64,000 nucleotides of DNA. Origin: Bacillota bacterium (GTDB lineage Bacteria; Bacillota_I; Bacilli_A; RFN20; CAG-826). Location: positions 22,544 through 86,543 of the forward strand of contig JAURFC010000001.1 of NCBI GenBank assembly GCA_030834445.1, in the 5' to 3' direction. Positions 22,712-32,199 of this stretch are shown one piece after another. Position 1 is the stretch's first letter. Each line of letters begins with the position of its first letter. The position numbers and the translations under genes were made by a program. The notes under the pieces were generated by a model. That model worked only from the letters and a program-made list of their open reading frames with translations, was not told where the DNA came from and ran no database searches.

Positions 22712-23124
22712 GGTTTGGGGTTAGCAATTTTAAATTGCGCTCCTGTTAAAAAGATCACGCCAGAAATCACAAGATACGCTGCAAAGACGGTAAATAAATT
22801 GAAGACCTCTAAATCATTAAGTTTAACAAAGACACTTGCAAGCAGCCCCACCGCCGAGAGGGCTAAACGTAAAAAGGAATAACCTTGGCTTATGTACGGG
22901 GTTTTAATGTTGGCTTCTACACGCATTTGTAGTCGTTTCGCTTGAAACATAATAATTAAATAATTTAAAACACTCAGCGAACCCCCCAAAACCCAACCAT
23001 TCCCGAGGGAATAAGGAAGTTGTAAGAAGGTCGATAACGTAAAAAAGAGAACAAATCCTACGCCATAAAGGAGCAAGCTATAAAGTAAAACTGTCTGTGT
23101 TAACTTTTGACCTTGGTTTGTCAT
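22708..23124 (-). CDS. atpI: ATP synthase protein I
   Basis: 4-TM protein first in atp operon; start ATG 23124 behind GAGGA. Confidence 0.7.
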   Translation of the reverse strand: MTNQGQKLTQTVLLYSLLLYGVGFVLFFTLSTFLQLPYSLGNGWVLGGSLSVLNYLIIMFQAKRLQMRVEANIKTPYISQGYSFLRLALSAVGLLASVFVKLNDLEVFNLFTVFAAYLVISGVIFLTGAQFKIANPKP

Positions 23125-23230
23125 TATTAATCCTCTATAAAGATAGCACACCTTTAAAAAGACTTTAATCAATTTGATTATTAGTCATTTACGTTTGATA
23201 GTGATAAACTACCTACAGGAGAACCCCGCT

Positions 23231-24184
23231 ATGCAAAATCACTTTAAACTCTTTGCATTAAGTGGTTCCTTGGCCTTAGGAGAAGCGATTGCTAAACAAC
23301 TCAAGCTCCCATTAAACCAAGTCGAACGCACGAAATTTGCTGATGGAGAATTACTCATTAAACCGTTAGAAACGGTGAGAAACCATCATGTCTACATCGT
23401 CCAAAGTACCTCCAAACCTGCCACAGAAAATTTAATGGAATTACTCATCTTTGTCGATGCCCTTCGTCGGTCATCGGCTAAAGAAATTACGGTTGTCATG
23501 CCGTATTTTGGCTTTGCCCGTCAGGATCGCGTCGCCCGAAGTCGTGAACCGATTACCGCACGTCTTGTCGCGGATTTACTTGTGGCCGCAGGGGTTGACC
23601 ATATCATGACCGTCGATATCCATACGATGCAAATTCAAGGTTTCTTTAAAATTCCCTTTGATAATATTTCCCCTTACAACCTCTTTGCAAAAGAAATTAA
23701 GCAACGCATTCAACCCAGTGATGATTTAGTCATTATCTCCCCTGATCATGGTTCGGTGACGCGTGCCCGCAACTTTGCGGAATTGTTTAAAAACGCGACC
23801 ATTGGGATTGTCGATAAACGTCGTAGTCGACCCAATGTGGCCGAAGCGATGCATCTTATTGGGGATGTCGATCAAAAAGTGGCTGTCCTTATTGACGATA
23901 TTGTCGATACTGGCAATACCATCTTAGGGGCCGTGAATCTCATTCGCCAAGCAGGGGCCAAAAAGGTTTTTATTTGCGCGACCCATGGCGTCTTTTCCAA
24001 AGATGCCTTAGCCCGTATCGAGTCTTCTAATATTGAAGCATTCTTTGTCACCGATACCATTCCTCAACAACCGAGTACAAAATTAATCCCAATTTCTGTG
24101 GCTCCCTTACTTGCCAAAGTTATTGAACATACGCACGAGGGTCAACCACTCTCACCCATATTTGACGAATTCTTAGGACAGTAG
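23231..24184 (+). CDS. prs: Ribose-phosphate pyrophosphokinase
   Basis: FADGE, PYFGFARQDR, SPDHG, IDDIVDTG; AGGAG RBS before ATG 23231. Confidence 0.96.
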   Translation: MQNHFKLFALSGSLALGEAIAKQLKLPLNQVERTKFADGELLIKPLETVRNHHVYIVQSTSKPATENLMELLIFVDALRRSSAKEITVVMPYFGFARQDRVARSREPITARLVADLLVAAGVDHIMTVDIHTMQIQGFFKIPFDNISPYNLFAKEIKQRIQPSDDLVIISPDHGSVTRARNFAELFKNATIGIVDKRRSRPNVAEAMHLIGDVDQKVAVLIDDIVDTGNTILGAVNLIRQAGAKKVFICATHGVFSKDALARIESSNIEAFFVTDTIPQQPSTKLIPISVAPLLAKVIEHTHEGQPLSPIFDEFLGQ

Positions 24185-24187
24185 TTC

Positions 24188-25387
24188 ATGAAATGGCTTG
24201 CACGCATCCTTCAGATCATGCTCTATGGATTACGCATGGTCATCCGGATTCCTTTACCCGAGGCTACCGAAGGTCACTTCTTGCAAGAAACGCTTGCACT
24301 CCAACTCAAAAGGCATGGTCTAAAACGTATTCTTTTCGTCACCGATAACAATGTATTAAACCTTCCTCCCGTCCAAGCATATGTTTCAGCGTTAAAAAAA
24401 CATACGATGGACGTCACTCTTTACACCGAGGTCCATCCCAATCCTCATCTTGACGATGTGGAAAAAGCCTACTCAACCTATCGCAAGCATGCCTGCCAAG
24501 CGATTATGGGTCTTGGCGGTGGCAGTGTCATGGATTGTGCCAAAGGGGTTGCAGCCAAAGTGGCACGACCTAAACCCTTACCCCAACTTAAGGGCTTACT
24601 CAAGGTTCGCAAAAAAACACCGCTCATGTGGATGATTCCAACAACCGCCGGGACCGGTTCCGAAGCGACCGTCGCAGCCGTCATCAGTAATCCGCTCACC
24701 AAAGAAAAATATGCGATTTCGGATCCTGTACTCGTCCCACGTTATGCGCTATTAGATACCGCCCTTGTGGAGACCTTACCCCCACACATTACTGCGTTTA
24801 CGGGAATGGATGCGTTAACCCATGCGATGGAAGCGTTTTTAAACCGTTATCACACGTCTTTTTCTCGCCGGGCTGCTTTAGATGCTTTTTCACTGATCTA
24901 TACCCATTTAGCGGCAAGTGTGGCTAACCCACGTGATTTAGATCATCGCCGCGCAATGTTAAAGGCAAGTTATCTTGCAGGTTGTGCCTTCACTCGCGAT
25001 TATGTTGGGTATGTCCATGGTTTAGCCCATCCGTTAGGTGGGTTTTATGATTATCCCCATGGTCTTGCCAATGCGATTTTATTACCGCATGTGTTAACCG
25101 CCTATGGATCTAGCATTTATCCTAAACTTGCATATTTATACCGTCACGTCAAAATGGGTGAAGAAGCAGACCATCAAAAACAAGCGCTTGCTGTGATTGC
25201 GTGGATTCAACACCTGAATTCAACCTTTCAATTTCCTCACGATTTCCATGATGTCATTCAGCCTCATGATATTCCTTTGATGGTCCAACGTTGTCACGAA
25301 GAGGTCATCCCTTTTTATCCTGTCCCACGCTATTTATCTTCAACCACGTTAACGCATCTTTATCAATCACTTGCTCGGAGATTATAA
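24188..25387 (+). CDS. Iron-containing alcohol dehydrogenase
   Basis: GGGSVMDCAK, PTTAGTGSE, DALTHAME, HGLAH, HGLANA. Confidence 0.92.
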   Translation: MKWLARILQIMLYGLRMVIRIPLPEATEGHFLQETLALQLKRHGLKRILFVTDNNVLNLPPVQAYVSALKKHTMDVTLYTEVHPNPHLDDVEKAYSTYRKHACQAIMGLGGGSVMDCAKGVAAKVARPKPLPQLKGLLKVRKKTPLMWMIPTTAGTGSEATVAAVISNPLTKEKYAISDPVLVPRYALLDTALVETLPPHITAFTGMDALTHAMEAFLNRYHTSFSRRAALDAFSLIYTHLAASVANPRDLDHRRAMLKASYLAGCAFTRDYVGYVHGLAHPLGGFYDYPHGLANAILLPHVLTAYGSSIYPKLAYLYRHVKMGEEADHQKQALAVIAWIQHLNSTFQFPHDFHDVIQPHDIPLMVQRCHEEVIPFYPVPRYLSSTTLTHLYQSLARRL

Positions 25388-25395
25388 CGGTGGCA

Positions 25396-26547
25396 ATGAG
25401 CAAGGATGCCTATCGTCCGTTAAGCGATAAATTTATATTACGGTTTGGATTTTCACCTTCAAAAGCTTATGCGATTGCAGGAAAATGGATGTGGTTAGGC
25501 GGTGATTTGCCCGATGAAAGTGAGAAAATTTCTTTCACGATCAATCATCATCTCAAAGCCGTTTATCAACCTCATGATCGCCCGGTTATTCGTCTTGTCT
25601 TACCAGGATTTCCCCTTTTAGAATATCCGCTTGGCCATGAACCTCTTTTTAAACCGGAATCGCATCACCCGTTTACGTTGCTTTCCTTAATGGAAACCGA
25701 TGCGAAAACGTATCAATACCGCTTTCAACCAGTGGATGCCTTCCTTGAAACTGATTTTCCACCTTCGTTATCGTGTGGCTACTCAACCGCACTTGTCATC
25801 GTCTTTGCCATGCTATTGATGCCAGATTTTGCCACATTATCCTTCCTAGAAAAACTACAACGCATTCATCGACTTGAAAAAAAATGGATGCCCTTAACGT
25901 TCCATCCTCAGGATGCGCATATCTTACTTCTACCAGGATGGCATCGCTTACACGCTTCAGGGATTCAAACATTACCGAATGCTTGGTTAAAGCCCATTGT
26001 ATTTGATGTATTTGTTCCGCCAACGAAAACATTTTTACCACCCATAAATTGGGATATTCCTGAATTATTGAAACCCTTTTTACATGATCATCCCTTTACG
26101 TCCTTGCACCAGATGGATCGATTATGGATTGATGAAAACCAAGGACAACTCACAGACCGATATGGAGAAAAGTTGGTGCTTGCCTTACGGTATTTTTGGG
26201 ATGAACAACGTCGGATCACCCAAGTTATTTCTGCCTTAGAAAAACAAGAGATTCCATTGATGTTACAAAAACTTCTAGAACGGGAACGCCAACGCAATCG
26301 TTTGCATTATGGGTTGAAAGAACCGATGCGACTTGATACGTTAGAACGAAAACGAAAAATTCTTCAAGAAGCTACACCCCAAATGGTCTGGATGGATCAC
26401 AGTAAAAACAATAAAGATATTTTTGTGGGGGTGGGTGAAAAGAGTCACAATGGAATAACACTTCGTCAGCTTCATCACCGCTTTCCCCCACGAAGTTTTA
26501 TCGATTTTGAATTAACTAGTCAAACCCACAAAATCACAAACTTATGA
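25396..26547 (+). CDS. Galactokinase-like (GHMP) protein with degenerate catalytic motifs
   Basis: About 383 aa, colinear by eye with GalK (F..RFG..P....AGKWMWLGGDLP; DFPPSLSCGYSTAL; ALRYFWDEQRR...ALEKQE). Start may be GTG 25390 or ATG 25396. Confidence 0.6.
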   Translation: MSKDAYRPLSDKFILRFGFSPSKAYAIAGKWMWLGGDLPDESEKISFTINHHLKAVYQPHDRPVIRLVLPGFPLLEYPLGHEPLFKPESHHPFTLLSLMETDAKTYQYRFQPVDAFLETDFPPSLSCGYSTALVIVFAMLLMPDFATLSFLEKLQRIHRLEKKWMPLTFHPQDAHILLLPGWHRLHASGIQTLPNAWLKPIVFDVFVPPTKTFLPPINWDIPELLKPFLHDHPFTSLHQMDRLWIDENQGQLTDRYGEKLVLALRYFWDEQRRITQVISALEKQEIPLMLQKLLERERQRNRLHYGLKEPMRLDTLERKRKILQEATPQMVWMDHSKNNKDIFVGVGEKSHNGITLRQLHHRFPPRSFIDFELTSQTHKITNL

Positions 26548-26702
26548 AACCACTTACATTTTTAAAGTTAACACGTATTATTCATACTTAAAAAAGTGCG
26601 TTTTTAAAGCAATGTAATCCCTTTCAAGAAATAAAGGAAAATCGTGAAAGGGTTTTCATGGTTTTCATCCGTGTTGTAATTCGCTTTCATTTGCTTTACA
26701 TT
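26544..26702 (+). promoter_or_regulatory. Promoter with four cre/LacI-like operators
   Basis: TGWAA-N4/5-TTWCA at 26544, 26612, 26644, 26674; TTGTAA(26674)-N17-TACATT(26697). Confidence 0.55.
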
Positions 26703-26751
26703 ATTGTCGGTTTTGATAAGGGTATCAAAACTGAAGAAGGAGGCACACGGT

Positions 26752-26916
26752 ATGAAACAATTGCTCACCACCATGACGGAAAAGCCATTAAACGCAAAGT
26801 ATTATGCGTTTGATCAAGACGAAACGGCCATGACGAACACCAGCGAATCCAATGACTTTATTACGAAGTTATCGACATTCATGGTTTCTGCGCTAAACAT
26901 TCTCACGCATCGTTAA
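26752..26916 (+). CDS. Small hypothetical protein (54 aa)
   Basis: AAGAAGGAGG RBS 8 nt before ATG 26752; own promoter and terminator. Confidence 0.7.
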   Translation: MKQLLTTMTEKPLNAKYYAFDQDETAMTNTSESNDFITKLSTFMVSALNILTHR

Positions 26917-26937
26917 GGATTCAATCTTTATCACGTC

Positions 26938-26968
26938 AAAGACAAGGTTCGCTTTGTCTTTTTTCTTT
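26938..26968 (+). terminator. Rho-independent terminator
   Basis: AAAGACAAGG-TTCG-CTTTGTCTTT followed by T-tract. Confidence 0.8.
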
Positions 26969-26970
26969 CT

Positions 26971-27043
26971 TTAGCACTCTTTCTTGACATCTGCTAAAAG
27001 GTGTTTTACACTTTGGTTAGCACTTAAAGATTATGAGTGCTAA
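26971..27043 (+). promoter_or_regulatory. Tandem CIRCE (HrcA operators) overlapping the clpB promoter
   Basis: TTAGCACTC-N9-ATCTGCTAA (26971-26997) and TTAGCACTT-N9-GAGTGCTAA (27017-27043); TTGACA(26984)-N17-TACACT(27007). Confidence 0.9.
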
Positions 27044-27055
27044 ATGGAGGTTCTT

Positions 27056-29167
27056 ATGGAATTACCAATTGATTATAGTAAAGATGAAAAAGTATTAGAA
27101 AAATTCGGTCGCATCATTAATGAAGATGTCAAAAAAGGGAAAATTGATCCTGTCATTGGTCGGGATGAAGAGATTCGTAAAATCATTCAAATCCTTGCAC
27201 GAAAAAATAAAAACAATGTCATTTTATTAGGAGAACCTGGCGTCGGGAAAACTGCGATTATTGAAGGGCTCGCCCAACGCATTCTTCGTAATGATGTTCC
27301 CAATACATTAAAAGATAAACTCATTTATGAACTCGATATGGGGGCACTCATCGCGGGGGCGAAGTTTCGCGGGGAATTTGAAGAACGTTTAAAAGCAATT
27401 TTAAATAAAATCAAACAATCCGAAGGAAAAATCATTTTATTTATTGATGAAATTCACGCGATTGTCGGAGCCGGTCGTGCCGATGGGGCGATGGACGCCT
27501 CCAACATGTTAAAACCGCTCCTTGCACGGGGCGAAATTGATTGTATTGGGGCCACCACGCTCAATGAATATCGTCAATACATTGAAAAAGATCGGGCGTT
27601 AGAACGTCGTTTTCAACCCGTCATGGTGTTTGAACCCACCGTCGAAGATACCATTTCCATCTTACGAGGGATAAAAGCTCGTTATGAATCGCATCACGGG
27701 GTTCGCATTACCGATGAAGCCCTTATTGCCGCAGCGACGTTATCGCATCGTTATTTAACCTCGCGCTTTTTACCGGATAAAGCGATTGATTTGGTGGATG
27801 AAGCATGTGCCTTAACACGTGTTCAAATTGAATCCATGCCTACCGAACTCGATGAGCTTGATCGCAAGATTCGTCAACTTGAGATTGAACGTCTTGCCTT
27901 GAAACAAGAAGACGATACTAATTCAAAAATTCGTTATCAAAAAATCGAAGAAGAATTAACGAGTCTTAAGAAAATTTATGATGAAAAAGTCGACTTATGG
28001 CAACAAGAACGCCACAGTTTAAAAACCGTCAAATCGTATAAAGAACAACTACAAGTCTTAAAAACCCAACTCGAACAGGCATTCAGTCAAGGTCAATATC
28101 AAAAAGCAAGTGAACTCCAATACGGTAAAATTCCTGAACTCGAAAAGAAAATTACGAGTTTAGAAAATAAGACGTCTACCGGTAATATGCTTTCGGAAGT
28201 CGTTCGTGAAGAAGAAATTGCGAAAATTGTTTCCAAATTAACAAAGATTCCTCTGCAAAAAATTGTGCAAGGGGATAAAGAAAAGATTTTAGGCTTGCAA
28301 GACAAAATGCGTCAACGTGTCATTGGTCAAGATGATGCCGTGTCATTAGTCGCCGATGCCATTTTACGTCAACGGGCAGGGATGCAAGATGCAAAACGTC
28401 CAATTGGGAGTTTTTTATTCCTCGGACCAACGGGGGTTGGAAAAACCGAAGTGGCGCGTTCGCTTGCGGATGCCCTCTTTGATAATGAAAATCACATTAT
28501 TCGTATTGATATGTCGGAATACATGGAACGTTTTTCGGTGTCACGCTTGATAGGCTCGCCCCCCGGGTATGTTGGCTTTGAAGAGGGGGGTCAACTCACG
28601 GAAAAAGTTCGCCGTAATCCATATTCCATCGTCCTCTTTGATGAAATCGAAAAAGCCCACCCTGAAGTGTTTAATTTACTTCTGCAAATGATGGATGAAG
28701 GTCGGTTAACCGATAGTCAAGGTCGCCTCATTGACTTTAAAAATACGGTGATTATCATGACCTCTAATTTAGGATCGGAACTGCTTTTAGAAGGAAAAAA
28801 GAACGAGGTGGAAGGAATACTTCAACGTACGTTCAAACCTGAATTTTTAAACCGCATTGATGAAATCATTTACTTTAACCCGCTTGATAAAGATGTACAA
28901 GAAATGATCGTCACTCGGATGCTGAAAGATGTTGAAGATCGGCTTGCGAAGCAGTCCCTGTTCGTTCAATTCGATGAATCCGTCGACCAATGGGTATTAG
29001 ACAGTGCGTTCAACCAAGAATATGGCGCACGCCCGTTAAAACGCTTCATTCAAAAAGAAGTGGAGACGTTCCTTGCCCGGGCGTATGTTCAAGGGCATCT
29101 CGTCGTGGATGTCCCCCAAAAAGTCATCGTGGATCATCAACTACTTTCCTTAAAACCAATTGATTAA
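27056..29167 (+). CDS. clpB: ClpB disaggregase lacking the N-terminal Clp-R domain
   Basis: Two AAA+ modules ([16 protein letters not shown]), middle-domain coiled coil, GARPL; GGAGG RBS before ATG 27056. Confidence 0.93.
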   Translation: MELPIDYSKDEKVLEKFGRIINEDVKKGKIDPVIGRDEEIRKIIQILARKNKNNVILLGEPGVGKTAIIEGLAQRILRNDVPNTLKDKLIYELDMGALIAGAKFRGEFEERLKAILNKIKQSEGKIILFIDEIHAIVGAGRADGAMDASNMLKPLLARGEIDCIGATTLNEYRQYIEKDRALERRFQPVMVFEPTVEDTISILRGIKARYESHHGVRITDEALIAAATLSHRYLTSRFLPDKAIDLVDEACALTRVQIESMPTELDELDRKIRQLEIERLALKQEDDTNSKIRYQKIEEELTSLKKIYDEKVDLWQQERHSLKTVKSYKEQLQVLKTQLEQAFSQGQYQKASELQYGKIPELEKKITSLENKTSTGNMLSEVVREEEIAKIVSKLTKIPLQKIVQGDKEKILGLQDKMRQRVIGQDDAVSLVADAILRQRAGMQDAKRPIGSFLFLGPTGVGKTEVARSLADALFDNENHIIRIDMSEYMERFSVSRLIGSPPGYVGFEEGGQLTEKVRRNPYSIVLFDEIEKAHPEVFNLLLQMMDEGRLTDSQGRLIDFKNTVIIMTSNLGSELLLEGKKNEVEGILQRTFKPEFLNRIDEIIYFNPLDKDVQEMIVTRMLKDVEDRLAKQSLFVQFDESVDQWVLDSAFNQEYGARPLKRFIQKEVETFLARAYVQGHLVVDVPQKVIVDHQLLSLKPID

Positions 29168-29173
29168 TCAAAC

Positions 29174-29204
29174 AAACTCCCTTTGCCACGACGAAGGGAG
29201 TTTT
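29174..29204 (+). terminator. Rho-independent terminator after clpB
   Basis: AAACTCCCTTTG-ccacga-CGAAGGGAGTTTT. Confidence 0.8.
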
Positions 29205-29247
29205 CTTCATTGACTTATTTGGGAAAATTCTTTAAGATTTTAACGTT

Positions 29248-29321
29248 GCCCCCTTAGTTAAGTGGTATAACGAGTCCATGGTAAGGACTTATTGCTAGTT
29301 CGATTCTGGCAGGGGGCACCA
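29248..29321 (+). tRNA. tRNA-Thr (anticodon GGT)
   Basis: GCCCCCT/AGGGGGC acceptor stem, AGTCC-ATGGTAA-GGACT anticodon arm, TTCGA T-loop, encoded CCA; promoter TTGACT(29210)-N17-TAAGAT. Confidence 0.95.
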
Positions 29322-29324
29322 TTC

Positions 29325-29355
29325 ACCATCCTTGAAGGATGGTTTTTCTTTTTTT
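29325..29355 (+). terminator. Terminator after tRNA-Thr
   Basis: ACCATCCT-tga-AGGATGGT followed by T-tract. Confidence 0.75.
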
Positions 29356-29398
29356 ATCGATGACGCTTTTATATAATACGATTCAAGAGGTTTTATTT

Positions 29399-30085
29399 AT
29401 GAACGTGAAACTTATTGCCTACAGTCAACCCACCGAAGCATTGGAACTTGAAGGGTTAACCAACGCCCAAGAACTCATTGCCTTTTGTGCCCGTGTTTCC
29501 AATCCCACGAATCAAATGAATACGGCAACCTCCGAAAAACTCATTAAATATTTAGTGAATCATAAACATTGGTCGCCCTTAGAAATGGTGTCGGTGACCT
29601 TAGAAATTGAAACTACCCGTGATATTGCCCGACAAATGCTCCGCCACCGTTCGTTTTCTTTTCAAGAGTTTTCCCAACGCTATGCGGATCCCACGATGCA
29701 TTTAGCGTTCACCACCCGTGAAGCGCGTTTACAAGATGAAACGAATCGGCAAAATAGTGTAACCTTAGCGGATACCCCAGAAACCCTCGCCTTAAAAATA
29801 GCGTGGGAAGAAAAACAAAACGCGATGATTGCCCTTGCTCAATCCACGTATCAATGGGCGATCGATCACGGGATTGCCAAAGAACAAGCGCGCGTTGTCT
29901 TACCGGAAGGATTAACGATGTCTCGCCTTTACATGCAAGGGACCTTACGGAGCTGGGTTCATTACATTGATTTACGCAGTGGTAATGGCACCCAAAAAGA
30001 ACATATGGACGTTGCCGTCGCCTGCGCCAAAGTTATTGCCAACGTGTTTCCTTTAATGGAAACGTTTATCGCGAAGGTTTCTTAA
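29399..30085 (+). CDS. thyX: FAD-dependent thymidylate synthase
   Basis: HWSPLEM and RHRSFSFQEFSQRY (RHRx7S motif); start at ATG 29399 after GAGG. Confidence 0.93.
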   Translation: MNVKLIAYSQPTEALELEGLTNAQELIAFCARVSNPTNQMNTATSEKLIKYLVNHKHWSPLEMVSVTLEIETTRDIARQMLRHRSFSFQEFSQRYADPTMHLAFTTREARLQDETNRQNSVTLADTPETLALKIAWEEKQNAMIALAQSTYQWAIDHGIAKEQARVVLPEGLTMSRLYMQGTLRSWVHYIDLRSGNGTQKEHMDVAVACAKVIANVFPLMETFIAKVS

Positions 30086-30629
30086 TTAAAAACCAGCCGT
30101 AGCCGATTAACGGGATCGCATAAAGCCATCCTTTTTGTTTGTGATTAACGTACAGACGATAAAGACTTAGTGCATATAAGGCGAGAAAATCCACACTCAT
30201 AATGCCCACAAAACTATCCGACGTCCATTGGTTAAAGTAAAGAAGAGGATGGCCTTTTGTCATCGTAAAAAAGCTAATTAACGTGAGCATTAAGGCAAGA
30301 CCGATAAGGATTTCCTGCCATTTTTTACGGGTGTAGGCAACCGTCGTATCATTCTCTAAAAAGAACAAGGTGATCCCATAGGCGCCCGTTAAAAAGCCCA
30401 GCCATAAAAAGATGACTTTCCACGTTTTTATTGGCATGGATTGATACGCATCGACCAGAAAATAGAGGGGAAATAACCCCATGATATTAAAGACCCCTAA
30501 GGCAAAGGCATCCGCGGATTGATCAAGAAGTGAAGGAAGTAAGGGGGCATTAAGACCAAACAAAAGACCATACCCTACGGTATAGATCCACAAACTGCTA
30601 TAAACGATGATTAATGCTTTATTTTTCAT
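30066..30629 (-). CDS. Hypothetical multi-pass membrane protein (possibly DUF2834-like)
   Basis: 5-6 TM; FNIMGLFP and IMSVDF motifs; overlaps the 3' end of the crtI-like gene. Confidence 0.65.
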   Translation of the reverse strand: MKNKALIIVYSSLWIYTVGYGLLFGLNAPLLPSLLDQSADAFALGVFNIMGLFPLYFLVDAYQSMPIKTWKVIFLWLGFLTGAYGITLFFLENDTTVAYTRKKWQEILIGLALMLTLISFFTMTKGHPLLYFNQWTSDSFVGIMSVDFLALYALSLYRLYVNHKQKGWLYAIPLIGYGWFLIKKPSR

Positions 30630-32106
30630 GTTGAATCAATTCTGACGCGATAATTCCGGATTGATAAATGGTAGGTAAACCACTTCCAGGATGCGTTCCT
30701 CCTCCGACTAAATAAAGATTGTAAAGATCTTGAAAGCGATTGTGAGGGCGGAAATAAAGCAATTGTTTCATCGAATGCGACAAGTTAAAGTTCGCCCCAT
30801 CTTGAACATGGTAGGTATCTTGCCAATCACGGGGCGTAATGACGTGTTGGACTTGAATATGCTTACGAAGGTTTTTAAGCCCGCCACGGGTTTCAAGTTC
30901 ATCAAGAATATATTCGGTGTATCGTTCTTTTTCTTTTTCCCAATCGATATTGGCGTGTAAATTAGGAACAGGAACAAGCACATACAGGGCAGAATGACCT
31001 TCAGGAGCCCAGGAAGTATCGATGGAAGAAGGATTATGGAGATAAAAACTTGGATGATGACTGAGCACCATGGTTTGCGTTAAATCTTTCACATTTTGCG
31101 CATAGTTCGGAGAAAAGACAATTGTATGTGCCGGGAGTTGATACGTTTTATCCAGACCTAAATATAGGTTAAAGGTTGAACAGGATTGAGCAAGGGATTC
31201 GAGTTTTCGGGTAGAATATCGTGGACGTTTGGCCTCAGGAATGAGTTGCATGGCCTTTTTAAAGTCCGCATTCATAATGACGGTGTCATAGGCGATGGCT
31301 TCACCGTTGATGCGGAGATGGGTGATTTTCTTGCCTTTTACGACGCATTGTTGTACTGGGGTTTTTAGATGAATCGTCACCCCTCGAGATTGGGCGAAGG
31401 TGGCTAAGGCTTCGTGAAAGGCATGAATGCCCCCTTGTAAGTGATAAATCCCATATTCATGCTCCATAAAACTGAGGATGGAAAATAAAGAAGGGCATTC
31501 CCAGGGAGACATGCCTAAGTATTTGGATTGAAAGGCCATTGAATAAATGAATTCCTCTGAATGAAAATATTTTTTTAAACGTTGATAAAGCGATTGCCCT
31601 AAATCAAGATAGGGGGCAGCGGCTAAGACATCCTTGCGTAAATAGTCCCGTAAATGCAGAAACGGTTTTTCTAAGACCGGAGTCACTTTCTTAAACCGTT
31701 GGAGTTCTTTTTTTAAATACCGTTGATAGCCAGCTTCTTCGCCAGGAAAAACCCGGTGAATTTCTTTCATCATCGCTCGATGATTTGCAGATGGACGAAA
31801 CGTTTTGTTGGGAAAACGAAGTTCATAAAGGGGATCAATCGGGGTAACAGGAACAAGATCTTCAAGTGTGGTACCGATCGTGGTTAAAATCTTATCGATA
31901 ATCGGGCGATAAATAAAAAAGGTCGGACCTAATTCAAAATGATAGGGCCCTACATCTAAACCCGAAGATCGGCCACCAACACGGTCACGCGCTTCATATA
32001 TCGTTACATCATGGCCTTTCTTGGCTAATAATAACGCACTAACGAGTCCACCAGGACCAGCGCCGATAATTGCAATCTTTTTTTTAAGGGTCAATGGGGA
32101 AGGCAT
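30619..32106 (-). CDS. crtI: Phytoene desaturase family (CrtI/CrtN) FAD oxidoreductase
   Basis: IAIIGAGPGG, FELGPT, YVLVPVPNL, FRPHN, NLYLVGGGTHPGSGLP. Start reassigned to ATG 32106. Confidence 0.88.
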   Translation of the reverse strand: MPSPLTLKKKIAIIGAGPGGLVSALLLAKKGHDVTIYEARDRVGGRSSGLDVGPYHFELGPTFFIYRPIIDKILTTIGTTLEDLVPVTPIDPLYELRFPNKTFRPSANHRAMMKEIHRVFPGEEAGYQRYLKKELQRFKKVTPVLEKPFLHLRDYLRKDVLAAAPYLDLGQSLYQRLKKYFHSEEFIYSMAFQSKYLGMSPWECPSLFSILSFMEHEYGIYHLQGGIHAFHEALATFAQSRGVTIHLKTPVQQCVVKGKKITHLRINGEAIAYDTVIMNADFKKAMQLIPEAKRPRYSTRKLESLAQSCSTFNLYLGLDKTYQLPAHTIVFSPNYAQNVKDLTQTMVLSHHPSFYLHNPSSIDTSWAPEGHSALYVLVPVPNLHANIDWEKEKERYTEYILDELETRGGLKNLRKHIQVQHVITPRDWQDTYHVQDGANFNLSHSMKQLLYFRPHNRFQDLYNLYLVGGGTHPGSGLPTIYQSGIIASELIQHEK

Positions 32107-32199
32107 GGTTCTATTATACGCAAAAACAGCATGAAGGAACGTGGGTTGCATTCTTTTTTGAATATGCTATAGTATAGAAGTCGTTTAGGTCAAACACTG

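Noticed and set aside
26713..26728. TTGAT-N6-ATCAA as an FNR box
   Set aside because: FNR sites have an N4 spacer; the element is better explained as a 5' RNA hairpin with a G-U pair.
29248..32106. Possible tRNA-anchored genomic island or prophage (thyX, membrane gene, crtI)
   Set aside because: No integrase, no duplicated tRNA 3' end and no obvious compositional shift seen.
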